Virus record (IMG/VR): IMGVR_UViG_3300028384_000675
Span: 28,947-92,946 of that record
DNA from: a virus
Length of the DNA: 64,000 bases
Reading direction: 5' to 3' (one strand)
A program made the translations under genes and the position numbers. Positions 7,704 to 20,700 of this stretch are shown in pieces; position 1 is the first letter of the stretch, and each line of letters opens with the position of its first letter. The notes beneath the pieces are model-generated. The model worked only from the letters and a program-made list of their open reading frames with translations, did no database searches and had not been told where the DNA came from.

Positions 7704-10700
7704 TTACCTTTGGTATCCATAAGTCGCTTCAAGAGAGCGAAAATAAGCTAAAGCGGGTCCCACATAATTGGAAAGCTTCCATGTTACTGCGAGCGTGATT
7801 CCTTGTGATGCAGTTGTTGATGGCAAAATACCACTGAAAGGAATAGACACATTGTGAATGCGACCGTCTACTCCGCCGCCGCCTCCATTAGTTACACCAA
7901 TTTTATTCCAGTCAGCGGTGTTAGTTGCGGAAGAAGGTATTAACTCCCATGTTGCGTTATCTCCTATCGGTCCATCATCCTCATCATAAAGGAACAACGT
8001 TTCGTTGCTTGTTGGATCATAATTAGCACCATAAAATGCTCTCGAACCACCTGAGCTAGTATAAATTATTCCACCACTAACTACTCTATCAGTATAATTT
8101 CCAGAAAATCTAGCATATTCTTTACGTCCTGACCAACCGCTAGGGATAGCACCCAAGAAACCAGTAAGCGTTGTGCTAAACGTCGGACCAGATACATATC
8201 TTATTTCTACTTCAAAATTTTGATATGATGCAGAGCTGGACGGGGTTAAAATTATTCTACCGTCAATAAAGGGTCTTTTAGAAATTCCTCCTGTCGGTGG
8301 TGGAATATAAATCTCTTGCGTTTCTGTAGTTACACCAAAACTACCCCCAGACGATCTTACATAAGTATAAATTTCAGCAACATCACCAACCAGTTGTGTT
8401 GATGACAGTGTTCCGTTAATCGTAACATCGCCGTTTAGTGCAATGTCATTTCCATTAATTGAAAACGGTGTAACCGCAGTGTTTGAAGCATTCACTATTT
8501 TAAATGTGTCTGCAGTGATAACGAAACTAGAAGTCTCTCCTGTATTCAATAATTCTAAACCAGAAATATGCCCATCAACGTTAGTCGTCACAAAATATTT
8601 CGATTGAATGTTAGTAATATCACTATCTATTGCTTCAACCTGAGTCACCAACCCTTGAGTAGCTGTTGCGACACTAGAATCGATACTTGATGACAAATTT
8701 GTGATATCTTGCGATACAACGCGCAGTCTATCGCTGTCTCGGTCTATTCTGGTCGAAAGGTCACTAAGTGCCTGACCAGTAACATCTAGGACAAAGTCAG
8801 AGTCAAGCACTTCTGTAAGCGAAACTTCGAATTCTTGTACGCGTCCGGAAAGAACTGAAATACTGCTATCGGTTAGATCGATTCTAGAAATAACTGAATC
8901 AGTAGCAGTCGCTAGAGCATCCAACACGAAGTCAGAGTCAAGCGTATTATTTAATGCAGCAGACAGCGAGGTAACTTGTTGCGAGAGAATTGTTAGACTA
9001 TCGCTATCCTGGTCAATTCTGGTCGACAATTCACTGACCGCGTCACCGACAGCATCTACGACGAAACTTGAATCAATCGCATTAGATAATTCAGCAGATA
9101 ATATAGTAACATCTTGTGATAAAACTGAGAGTCTATCGCTGTCTCGATTAACGCGCGTCGACAGATCGTTTACTGCGCCACCAACAACTGACAATACCAG
9201 ATCAGAGTCAATACCTTCAGTCAACGATGCCTCGAATTCTTGTACCCGTCCAGAAAGAACTGAAATACTGCTATCGGTTAGATCGATTCTTGACATTACT
9301 GAATCTGTGGCAGTAGCAATCGCTGACTGTACAAACGATGAGTCTAGTCCAGCAGTTTCTAGACTAGTCTCGAGTTGCGTTACCTGCTCTGATAGAACAG
9401 TAACACCGCTGTCAGTTTGATCAATTCTAGAGTTGACCCCTTGAATTGATGTTGCCATCGCATCGACGACAAAATCAGAATCAATCGTTTCTAGACTTGC
9501 TTGAAATTCTTGCATCCTACCAGATAAAACTGTCACGCCACTATCAGTTTGATCAATACGAGCATATACAGAATCAACTGCGGTAGCAATCGCTGAATGT
9601 ACAAACGATGAGTCTAGTCCAGCAGTTTCTAGACTAGTCTCGAGTCGTGTTACCTGCTCTGATAGAACTGTCACGCCGCTGTCAGTTTGATCGACCCTTG
9701 AGTTGACCCCTTGAATCGCAGAAGCAGTAGCACTTTGTATGAAGTCAGAATCGATCGTTTCTAGCGTTGCTTCAAATTCTTGCATCCTACCAGATAAAAC
9801 AGAGATACTGCTATCGGTCAGATCAATACGAGCATATACAGAATCAACTGCAGTAGCGAGCGCTTCTTGGACAGAAGAATCGTTTCCGATAGTGCTCAAC
9901 CTTGCTTCTAGGTATAAGAACTGATCTGATAAAATAGTAAGGTCGCTGTCTGTTCTGTCGATTAGAGTTCGAAGTTGACTTCTCGCGTCTGCAGTAGCAT
10001 TGACAATATAGTCAGAATCAATAGTTGCGAGTTCTGATTGAAGGTCTACAATTTTTAGTGACTCGATTGTTAACCTATCGCTGTCCAGATCAAGTCGAGT
10101 CGACAGTTCTTCTCGCGCTCTCCCAACTGCGCTATCGATAATATAGTCCATGCCATCGAGTCGCTCAAATGCTGAATCGAGCGAAACTGATAATTCTACA
10201 AGGTCGCGTGAAAGGAGGTTTATGCTGTCGGAACTAACGTTGACTCTCGCTTCTAATAACGATAACGCTTGTGCCGATGCTTTAGATGCAATCACCGCAT
10301 TTAAATCAACTATTTGCCTCGCCAAGGCAGATATCCCGCTATCATTATGTTCAACGTATGCTGTTAATTGATTCAGAGCAGTCGCGAATGCAGAGTCTTC
10401 TGAGTTCAGTGCCGCTTCCAATGCCAGTGTATACTGAGATAATGCTGACAGAGAATCGCTGTCCTGATCAATCCTAACTTCTAATGTTCGTAATCCGCTG
10501 GCGACAATGCCTTGTATTGAGTTGTATTGCCCATCCATGAAACTGCGCAATGCTGCTGAAGTTGGAATAGCATCCTCTTGTTCTAAAAGCATTTCTCTGG
10601 TATTCGCAATACCAGATGCCACGACGTCGTTATCCCTATCTTCAAGTTGACCGAAAGATACCTTACCTGTTGTTCTTAAATCACCATATAAGATAATATC

Positions 10701-10907
10701 GTTGTTGACGATAAGATCTGATGCGACAACAGCATTATCGCCGGAATCGGTAACATTCTTGGTGATTTCTTTTAGAAGGTCGCCTTTGCGAACGGTTCGT
10801 GTTTTGTTGCCCAAACTGGTGTCACTGACGATGAGAATGTCATCGTCGCTGACTTCGACTACTTTCTGTAGTTCTGAGATTCTTACATCTTTATCATCTG
10901 TCGTCAT
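7704..10907 (-). CDS. Tail fibre: coiled-coil repeat shaft, DUF1983/lambda J-like domain and a variable C-terminal head
   Basis: N-terminus is paralogous to the 3595-aa fibre; heptad repeats; YFVTTNVDGHISGLELLNTGETSSFVITADTFKIVN...TPFSING. Confidence 0.75.
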   Translation of the reverse strand: MTTDDKDVRISELQKVVEVSDDDILIVSDTSLGNKTRTVRKGDLLKEITKNVTDSGDNAVVASDLIVNNDIILYGDLRTTGKVSFGQLEDRDNDVVASGIANTREMLLEQEDAIPTSAALRSFMDGQYNSIQGIVASGLRTLEVRIDQDSDSLSALSQYTLALEAALNSEDSAFATALNQLTAYVEHNDSGISALARQIVDLNAVIASKASAQALSLLEARVNVSSDSINLLSRDLVELSVSLDSAFERLDGMDYIIDSAVGRAREELSTRLDLDSDRLTIESLKIVDLQSELATIDSDYIVNATADARSQLRTLIDRTDSDLTILSDQFLYLEARLSTIGNDSSVQEALATAVDSVYARIDLTDSSISVLSGRMQEFEATLETIDSDFIQSATASAIQGVNSRVDQTDSGVTVLSEQVTRLETSLETAGLDSSFVHSAIATAVDSVYARIDQTDSGVTVLSGRMQEFQASLETIDSDFVVDAMATSIQGVNSRIDQTDSGVTVLSEQVTQLETSLETAGLDSSFVQSAIATATDSVMSRIDLTDSSISVLSGRVQEFEASLTEGIDSDLVLSVVGGAVNDLSTRVNRDSDRLSVLSQDVTILSAELSNAIDSSFVVDAVGDAVSELSTRIDQDSDSLTILSQQVTSLSAALNNTLDSDFVLDALATATDSVISRIDLTDSSISVLSGRVQEFEVSLTEVLDSDFVLDVTGQALSDLSTRIDRDSDRLRVVSQDITNLSSSIDSSVATATQGLVTQVEAIDSDITNIQSKYFVTTNVDGHISGLELLNTGETSSFVITADTFKIVNASNTAVTPFSINGNDIALNGDVTINGTLSSTQLVGDVAEIYTYVRSSGGSFGVTTETQEIYIPPPTGGISKRPFIDGRIILTPSSSASYQNFEVEIRYVSGPTFSTTLTGFLGAIPSGWSGRKEYARFSGNYTDRVVSGGIIYTSSGGSRAFYGANYDPTSNETLFLYDEDDGPIGDNATWELIPSSATNTADWNKIGVTNGGGGGVDGRIHNVSIPFSGILPSTTASQGITLAVTWKLSNYVGPALAYFRSLEATYGYQR
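9331..9850. repeat. 270-nt-period near-identical coding duplication in the 1067-aa fibre
   Basis: A 45-nt exact match at 9331 and 9601 (acaaacgatgagtctagtccagcagtttctagactagtctcgagt), and near-identical blocks at 9481 and 9751. Confidence 0.85.
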
Positions 10908-10938
10908 GTCACCAATGTTCCAAAATTTATTTACGTGT

Positions 10939-10946
10939 TATTTATA
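10939..10946 (-). promoter_or_regulatory. Late promoter TATAAATA
   Basis: Exact consensus about 30 nt upstream of the ATG at 10907. Confidence 0.8.
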
Positions 10947-10949
10947 CGG

Positions 10950-11759
10950 TTAATTGTTGTCGAATCCGCCACCACCGCCGAATCCACCGCCGAATCCACC
11001 ACCAGTAGCGCTTCCGTTACTCGCAGAAAGAGATATCTGTGTAGCAGTAACGCTGCAAACAGAATAGAACGTTCCTGCACTTGATACGATTTTTATTCTA
11101 AAATGAGGATCGCCACCTAACACCATAGGGAACGAACCAGATATATTGCCAGAAAGATTTTGATTGGGATTGCTCATCGCCAACCATTCAAACTTTAATC
11201 CTCCAGAACTCGGAACAGTATAATATGATCCGCTACTGTATCCAAATAGTGTAGGAGTGTAACTACCATCATTAGGAATTCCATTACTGCCCATTGTTGC
11301 ACAGTGACTGGTACAAGATTGCGATGATACATTGTACTGCGCTTCAATCGAAGTGATTGTACCCAGATTACTGTAATTTACATATCCAGTATATACTGTC
11401 GGTTGAGCAGTAGAATCACCATCTGCCCAGTTAATCTTTACCCGATTGTTTGTATTCTCGCGAGAAAATTGTACCCATCCATATGCTTCAGTGTAACCGC
11501 TTGGTTGATTGACAGAATTTTGAAGATCCCAACCTGACATACTCCATGACGTGTCTACTGTACCAGAAACGTTTGACGCATTATAAAAGTCACTCCAACG
11601 TATTTCGCCAGATGCCGGAACGTTTGGCGCAGTTGCAGATGTAACGAGACCAGCGCCCGAGTAGTAATCGCTGATCTCGTTTTCGGTCTGACTGTTCGTC
11701 CCCTTGAACTCAGTAATAATCTGACCGAACCCAATCTGTCCAGAAGCAGGAAGTGCCAT
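10950..11759 (-). CDS. Putative fibre-tip adhesin (gp38-like attachment N-terminus)
   Basis: MALPASGQIGFGQIITEF...ISDYY...VPASGEIRWSDFYNAS, directly after an S74-chaperoned fibre; Gly-rich C-terminus GGGFGGGFGGGGGF. Confidence 0.65.
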   Translation of the reverse strand: MALPASGQIGFGQIITEFKGTNSQTENEISDYYSGAGLVTSATAPNVPASGEIRWSDFYNASNVSGTVDTSWSMSGWDLQNSVNQPSGYTEAYGWVQFSRENTNNRVKINWADGDSTAQPTVYTGYVNYSNLGTITSIEAQYNVSSQSCTSHCATMGSNGIPNDGSYTPTLFGYSSGSYYTVPSSGGLKFEWLAMSNPNQNLSGNISGSFPMVLGGDPHFRIKIVSSAGTFYSVCSVTATQISLSASNGSATGGGFGGGFGGGGGFDNN

Positions 11760-11762
11760 ACC

Positions 11763-14700
11763 TTACCCCTTCAACGCCTTGATTTCTGCCTTTAATGCTT
11801 CAATCTGTTCTTGCTGTTCTTTAATCGCCTCAATAAACAGAGCACTCATAGTATCATAGTTGACGGTCTTGACGACTTCGCCTTCACCCATGATATCTTT
11901 CTCCTTGACTGCCTGAGGAAGAACCTTCTCGACATCTTGCGCGATCACACCAGCAGACTTTTCACCGTCCTTTTTCCACGTAAACTCTACGCCGCGAAGT
12001 TGCTGTACTTTATCTACAGCATTCTCGACGACCGTAATGTTTTCCTTCAACTTCTCATCAGATACTGAGTTAGAGTATGCGATGATATCACCGTCAGCAT
12101 GGAAATCACCAGTAGAGACATTGAAGAAGAATTTGTTAGCATTCGCCACATCACTGATATAAATGTCATTGGTAGAAACTTGATTCTGGTGAATATACAA
12201 GTGACTTCCGTCGAACGAAATTTCATAGTCATCACCAGTACCGAACTGAACCTTCTTATCATCGTTCAGATCAATATGATCACCACGAATATAATAACGT
12301 CCGTCTAGATCAACCGACGCTCCTGCCGAACCTGTGCCTGTCAGCGAGAGAACACCGCTACCTGTATTGAACGATGCCGCATTAATGTAGTCAGTAGAAC
12401 CGCCAGACGCTGCAGCAGGAAGAGAAACTGTTTTCGTGTTAACTGCAGTTATGTGACCTTCTGGGTTGGTTGTGATATTATCGACAACAGTGAACGAACC
12501 GCTGTATCCAGGAGAAGTGCTGTTCGTTGTATTCGTTCGGTCAGTCTTATTATGACTAATCGCTAGATCATATGGGTCACCAGTAGAACCAGGAGAAGTG
12601 TCGACCCAGTTCATATTGATGTAATTGGAAGATCCAGAAACAGATGCTGCTGCTTCAACAAACTTGAACCTCTTTCCGTGAGACATAGTAACAGCAGTGC
12701 CGTCTCCATCTTCAACGGTGAAGGTGGTTAGTCGATTTGTATTGGTATCAGTGTTTGTATCAGTCCAAGGAACATTGACGTACATCTGACCATTCGACAG
12801 TTCAACTGGGTAGTTCTGACCGTTCTCGTTGTAACCAATCTTGACAAGACCCAGCGTAGAACTTGTTGCTTGCGAGTAAGTCGTGTTTGTATCTGTAGTT
12901 GAGTAGCGACCATCAAGGTCAACAACAACGTTCGACATTCCTCCGCTACGACTCAGCGTCAGTTCACCGTTGCCAGTGTTAAACGAAGCACCGTCAAGGT
13001 AGTTGTTGCTGTTGCTACCAATCGTCACATCGATAGAGGACAACCCTGCACGATGTAATGTCAGTTTACCAGATCCAGCACTATAACTAGCAGAGGAAAC
13101 ATAGTTGTTTGTATCAGTAGAAGCAATGTTAATTTGGTTGCTAGAAACACGACTTACTGAAACATTGTTGCCACCTTTCAACCATACCTGATCTGACGTT
13201 CCGGTACTAGGGTCTAGTGTAATCGCCGCGCCGTCAATATTTGCGCTTGTAGAAGCATACAAATCGTATGTTGTATCTGTATTACTTGTCGCGTAACGAC
13301 CGTCAAGGTCAACTGTTACGTCACCCAGACCTGCTCGCGATAATGTTAGAATACCGTTAGTGTCATTGAACGAAGCGCCATCGACATAGTAGTTCGTGTC
13401 GGTGTTAGTGTCAGTAGAAGAAATTGTTACCGTGTTTGTTTCAGCATTATACCCTAATGACGTTGCGCCGCCTGACAAGAACTTCAGCGTATTTCCTGAG
13501 TAGATGTTGTCAGTGTTATTTGATCCAACCTTCACCTTCCAGTGATTGTAGTTGTCATAACTTCCTGCTAACTGATAGCGTCCATCAAGACTTACCGAAG
13601 CACCTGCTGCGCCGACACCACCCAAAGCGAGCACACCACCACTGAAACTTGCGCTGTTGACATAATTGTTAGTATCCGTTGAACTAATCGTTACCTTCTT
13701 ACTTGTAGCGTTGTATGAAACGCTACTAGCACCGCTTCCTGCGAACTCAATTGTTTCGCCAGAAGTAACTGCTTCGGTGGTGCTTCCATTCTTTAAGTTC
13801 CAAGAAACATAGTTATCGTATGTTCCCTGTAGCAGATAACGTCCATCCAGATCAACCGAAGCGCCTGCACCACCAGTTCCGGTGAGTGATAGAATACCTG
13901 TTCCTGTACTGAACGAAGCGCCAGTGATGAAGTCGTTAGTATCTGTCGAAGTAATTCGAAGTGTATTTGAAGCAGCATAATAAGTGGTAGAAGCAGCACC
14001 CGCCCCTTCAAATTTTACTGATTGCCCGCTGGTAACCGCCTCATCATGTGTGCCATCAGTTATAGTCCAAGAAGTATACTTGTCGAATCTTTCCGTCAGA
14101 CCCAAGTCAACCGTGACATCTGACATAGAGTGTCTGCTCAGAGTCAGAACATCGTTCGAACTATTAAACGAGGCACCGTCGACATAAGTGTTGGTAGAAC
14201 CAATTGACAACGTGTTTGTCGATGCAGTGTAAGTTGTACTTACATCGCCAGACCCAACAACCTTAAGAGTATCGTTAGAATAGATGTACTCGTGATTGGT
14301 ACCGTCGCTGATCTTCCAACGATCATACTTGTCGAACCTTTCCGCCAGACCCAGATCAACTGATAAACTGCTCAGACCGTTTCGACCAAACGTGATTTCG
14401 TCAGTAGAAGCATTCCATGAAACGCTTGAGAGATAATTGTTAGTGTCAGTTGCACTAATTGTCAATTGATTATCAGTTGTATTTAACGAAGTAGTGACAT
14501 TCGTGCCACCTACAACCTTAATGAGGTCAAGGGATGTTACTTCTTGAGAAGTAGAACCGTCAGATAAACTCCAAGAAACATAATTGTCATATGTTCCCTG
14601 TAGTAGATAGCGACCATCAAGGTCGACTGTATTCCCGTCACTGATCGTAAGTTTACCGGTGGTTCCGTTCCAAGAAAGCGTCTGATCGTCATATTCAAAG

Positions 14701-17700
14701 TAATCGCTGATCGTAACAGATTCAGAAGTGCCATCACCTTTATGGATTGTGATTGTGTCATCAGATACTGTTAATGCGTTACTGGCACGAAGTGCTTGGG
14801 GACTAGTCTGCTCAACATACCGACCATCAAAGTCAGTCGTCAATGTCTGTCCATCATTACGATTAGCAGTAAGAACTCCATTACCGGTATTAAATGATAT
14901 TCCTGTAACGAAATAGTCAGTACCGATTGCGTCACTAATTGTAACAGATTCGGTTGTGCCATCTGCTCTCTTCAGAGTAATTGTGTCATTGTTAACCTGT
15001 AGCGCATCTGTTGGATGCAACGCCTGAACGTGTGAGGTTGTTACATAATCTCCGGCAGGTTGGTAACGCCCATCAATATCGATTGTGTTACCACCAGAAA
15101 TACTGATCTGACCATTCGCTCCATTCCAACTCAGATTTTGATTCGGGAAGAAGTCGTCGTCAATTGTTACAGCATCTGTCGATCCGTCTGCCATGTGGAG
15201 TGTGATGGTATCGCCGCTGACTGTAAGAGGGTTCGTTGTTCTGAGTAACTGCGGACTCTGACTATGTACGTATCGATCGTCGAGGTCAACAGAGAAATTG
15301 CCACCATCGTTTCTACCGATCGACAATACTCCATTCACATCATTAAATACGAATGAGGTAGTGTATGTGTTTGTGTTAGCGTCCGAGATCGTTACTGATT
15401 CAACAGTGCCGTCTGCTCGAGTCAGAGTAATTGTATCATTGTTTACCGCAAGTGCCGCCCCTACAGGTAATGCTTGCGAACTTGTCTGATGAACATAACG
15501 ACCATCAAGGTCAACTGAGTTTCCATTAGAAATCGAAAGAACACCAGTACCGCTGTGACCACCGCTGAAAGAAAGGTTTTGATAATGATAGTGCTCATCA
15601 TCAAATGTAACTGATTCGTACGTCCCGTTCCCCTTATACAGGTAAATCGTGTCACCAGATATTCTCAATGCATCAGTTGAATGTAACGCCTGCACTCCAT
15701 CATTAGGAACATAACGTCCATCAAGGTTTACTGATGCTCCTGCTGCTCCGACACCAGTCAACGAAAGAGTACCGCCATTAAATGTAGCAGCGTTGATGTA
15801 GAAGTTAGTGTTTGCATCACTAATCGTCACTTCATCCGTTGTCCCATCTGCAAGATGAAGTGTTATCGTGTCATTGTTAACTGTCAGAGGGTTGGTCGCA
15901 CGTAGTGCCTGAGGACTTGTCTGTTCAACATATCGACCGTCAAGACTCACCGAAGCGCCTGCGTCTCCGGTTCCAGTTAACGAAAGAGTACCATTACTAA
16001 ACGAAGCGCCAGTGACGAAATCGTTTTCAGCACTAATCTCCAATGTATTCGTTGACGTTGACAACGTTGTGGTTACATTATCACCACCAGAAACCGTGAT
16101 AGTCTCACCAGATGATATCGATTCGGTTGACGAACCGTCAGTCAATTTCCAGTTCGAGTAATTATCGTATCTACCATCGAGACCGGCAGTCACTGAATTA
16201 CCATCGTTGCGCGTTCCGGTCAATACACCATTCGATGTATTGAAAGACAGACCTGTGATGAAGTAGTCGGTACCAAGAGCGTCAGAAATGTCGTGACTTT
16301 CTGAGGTGCCGTCTGCTTTATTAATTGTAATTGTATCGTCGTTCACTTCCAGTGCGTTTGTCGGATGCAACGCTTGGGCACTTGTTGTTGTAACATAATT
16401 ACCAACAGGTTGGTAGCGACCATCAAGACTTACCGAAGCGCCTGCAGATCCAGATCCAGTTAGGGAGAGAGTACCACCAGTAAACGAGGCGCCAGTAATA
16501 AAATCATTATTGTCAACGATAGTAACTGCTTCGCGAGTACCATCACCCTTGTATAGATAAATCGTGTCGCCGCTCGACCTTAATGCGTCAGTTGGGTGTA
16601 ACGCTTGCGGTCCTGCTTTATCAACGAAATGACTTTCTAAATCAACAGTAAATGAACCACCGTCATTTCTTCCTATGGTCAGTTCACCATCGGTGCTTAG
16701 TGCAAGAGAAGTAATATAGGTGTTAGTGTTAGCATCGCTAATTGTTACAGATTCTGATGTACCATCGCCTTTGTAGATTGTAATTGTATCATTGTTAACT
16801 GCGATTGCGTTTGTAGAACGCAAAACCTGCGCGCTTGTAGTCTGAGTATATCGCCCATCGATATCAACAGTGTTTCCATCCGATATAGTCAACTCACCTG
16901 ACGAAGCATTCCAAGAAAGCGTTTGATCGTCAGGATAAAACTCGTCGTCTATATCAACGCTGATGGATGTACCGTCAGCACGATGTAATGTAATAGTGTC
17001 ACCACTAATAGTCAGTGGAGTGTTAGCGCGTAGTGCCTGTACACTATTCTGATTGACATAACGTCCATCGAAGTTTGTTGAGACCGTATTCCCGTCATTA
17101 CGAGATCCAATCAGCGTGCCACTACTAGTATTGAACGATAAACCTGTAATGAAATAGTCAGTTCCGATTGCATCAATGATAGAATGAGATTCGAATGTAC
17201 CATCTGCTTTGTAAAGAGTGATTGTATCGTCATTCACTTCTAATGCGTTAGTTGGATGCAATGCTTGAGCGCTGGTTTGTTCAACATAGCGTCCATCCAA
17301 ACTAATTGTTACTAATCCAGCATCATTGCGATATGCGGTTAAGAGACCTGTTGTGGTATTAAATCCAACGCCAGTCAAGTAATTGTCGTTAACAGTTACC
17401 TGAACAGAATTTCCATCTGCTAGATTCAGAGTGATAGTGTCGTTAAGAACAGTGATCGGGTTAGTTGGATCTAACGCCTGTGCGCTATTGGTAGTGACAT
17501 AATTACCTGTTGGTTGATAACGACCATCAAGTGTCACATTCAGATCAGGTAATCCAGAACGTGATGCTGTTAGTACACCGTCCGATGAATTGAATGTCAA
17601 ATTATTGACGAAGTTGTTAACATCTGAATCGTCAACAGTTACCTGAGCAGTATTTCCATCTGCTAGGTGAAGCGTAATTGTATCGTTGTCAACCGTTATA

Positions 17701-20700
17701 GGGTTGACAGAACGTAACGCTTGACTACTTTGGTTGTGCACATATCTGCTATCGAATCCGGTCGCGACAGTTTGACCGTCTCTTCGGAATCCAGTCAGAA
17801 CACCTGTTGTTGGATTTAGCGAAATGCCAGTTAAGAAGTTATCGTTAACTGTAACACTGACACTAGTGTCATCAGCAAGGTGTAATGTGATTGTGTCATC
17901 GCTGACTGTAAGAGGATTCGTTTCACGAAGAACCTGCTTTCCGCCCTTTATATCCTGTATCGTTGTTCTAATGGCATCGATGTCAGAGTCATTACCATCA
18001 ACTCTTAGGTCGAGCGATGCGATATCATCGTCGTTTCCTAGGATCCTAGTGCCTAGTGCCGAGTCAGCGAGTTGTAATGAAACGATATCGCCAAGAACAT
18101 CAACCAATACTGCAGAGTTTGAGTCCAGTCGATCTTCTGTGATTTCTATTCTTGAGATAACTGAATCAAAAGCAGTCAGGTTGTACAATGCGTTTGCTGC
18201 AATATCAGATTCTGCTGCTGTCATACGACCTTCAACTAAGTCGTGCTCACCGTGTAATTCGTTGATAGAAGGAATGATTACTTGGTTAACAGTGTCGAGT
18301 GGTCCAGACCCTAGTCTGCTCTGAAGATCTGCAACATCTGACTCGCCGACTGAGGTTCTTCCTTCAAGAGAATCTAAACGGTTCTCTGCTGAATCCATTC
18401 TCGGTTGAAGATCATCAAGAATATCTTCGGCGTCATCCATCTCCCCTTGTAGAGTACCGACGTCGGTATTCAGAGTTGATAGTATCGAAGAGTTATTCTC
18501 GATTAGTGTTTTGAGATCACTATCCGCGTCTCTGAACGCTTCAATGATTTCTAGGATTGTGTCCAGATCACCAGGAGCGCTGTCCAATAACCCATCAACT
18601 CTGCGGTTTACAGCGTCAATGTTAATTTGTAGTGCAGAGTCAGCATCATATCTCGTTTCCGCTTCTTGAGTTATGGCAGTACTGAGTTCAGAATCACGAA
18701 GAATTGCGCGTGCTATTTCCTGATCGATTAATATGTTGTTCGCTCGAATGTCTGTTGCATTCGAATCAATCATGCTGGTTAAATCTGCCTCGAGGTTGAT
18801 AGATCGACTTAGACCTGAATCAATCTGACTTTGTAAATCTTTCTCAACATCCAATGCACGATTCATTTCTGAGTCGATCAGGTCACTGAGAGTCTTGTTT
18901 ATATTCGTCAGTCGAGATGTTGCCGAATCGATTCCGCTCTGTAGATCGCCTTCGGCAAGAATGGCACGAGTAATTTCATCAGCGATAGAAGTTGAGTTAG
19001 AGTCGATTCTACTGAGGAGGTCTGACTCCAAATTCACAGACCGCTCGAGTCCTGAGTCAATCTGACTTTGTAACCTTGCCTCGACGCCCTGCGCCCGAGT
19101 CATCTCAGAATCAATGAGATCAGAAAGTGTACGATTGATGTTTGTTAGGCGAGTGGTCGCAGAGTCAATCGCATCTTGTAGACCTTCTTCTGCCAAAATC
19201 GCTCTGCCTATTTCTTCAGCGATAGAGGTTGCGTTTGAGTCAATTCTTCCTAGTAAGTCAGATTCAAGGGTGACTGAACGTTCGAGTCCTGAGTCGATCT
19301 GACTTTGTAGCCTTGTTTCAACATCAATCGCTCGGCGAGTCTCAGAATCAATTAGGTCGCTCAATGCTTTGTTGATGTCAGTGACTCTTGTAGACTCGGA
19401 GTCAATCAGATCTTGTAAATCGCCTTCCGCTTCAATTGCTCGTGCGATCTCGTCAGCGATAGAAGTTGAGTTAGAGTCGATTCTGCTGAGAAGGTCAGAT
19501 TCAAGGTTCAGCGTACGACTTAAACCTGAATCAATTTGACTTTGTAAAGATCCTTCTACTGCTAAAGCGCGAGTCATCTCAGAATCAATTAGGTCGCTGA
19601 GAGTTTGATTGATGTTGGTTAGTCTTAGTGATGCTGAGTCAATCAGATCTTGTAGTTCACCATCAACACGAATCGCTCTGGTAATCTCTGAGTCAATCGC
19701 TGCTGTGTTCGCATCAATATCGAGACGAATATCTGAGTCAGCGTTGATAGAAAGCGACAGACTCGAATCGATCAGATCTCGCAAGAAACGCTCTGCGTCA
19801 ATGGCACGACTCAACTCAGAATCAATAAGTCCTCTCAATTCTGATTCGGCATCTAGAGCACGGTTCATTTCTGAATCAATAAGACCATCCAGAGTTTGAT
19901 TGATGTTGGTTAGTCGCAGTGTTGCCGAGTCAATCTGACTTTGAAGATTACCTTCGACTCTGATTGCTCGTTGCGTTTCCGAGTCTATCATGCTGGTCAG
20001 GTCTGATTCTAAATTAAGTGTTCGACCTAAACCTGAGTCAATCTGACTTTGAAGGTTTCCTTCGATTCCGATTGCTCGTTGAGACTCAGAGTCGATCAGA
20101 TCACTGAGAGTCTTATTAATATTTGATAAGCGAGCAGTTGCTGAGTCGATTGCTGTTTCGGCATCATCCAGTCTGCTCTCTGCCGAGTCCATTCTTGCAG
20201 TCAGAGAAGTAACCTCTCCTGATCGCAATCCAATAATTTCGTTATCGGTATACGTGTTCGCTTCTTGTTTCGCTGTAGCAATACGGGAGGTAATTGTGTT
20301 TCCTGCTGTACCGTCTACAGTCGCGTCACCGATCATTAATGCATCGCGTTGACGAGTGTACAGTCGCGCAGCAGAAAGGGTAGCAGAGTCTCCTACCGCC
20401 CTGAGCGATTCCTCTTGCTCGATTCTATCAATCAGTTCTTCTCGGGCAGAATCAATGTTGCCTTGTAGGTCTTCTCCGACTGAGAGGCGATTTAAAACTT
20501 CTTGGTCAATTCTTGCATTGATATCAGAATCAGCAGCAGATCGTAGACTCGCTTCTGTATTGACACTTGTATTAATCGCGTCCTGTAAGTCAGAGTCTGC
20601 TGCTCTTCGCGCAGCAATTTCCTGATCAATTCGTACGCCAAGCGCGGAGTCACCTGCCAATCGCTCGCTCGTTTCGTCAGATACGCGAGTTGTGTTAGAT

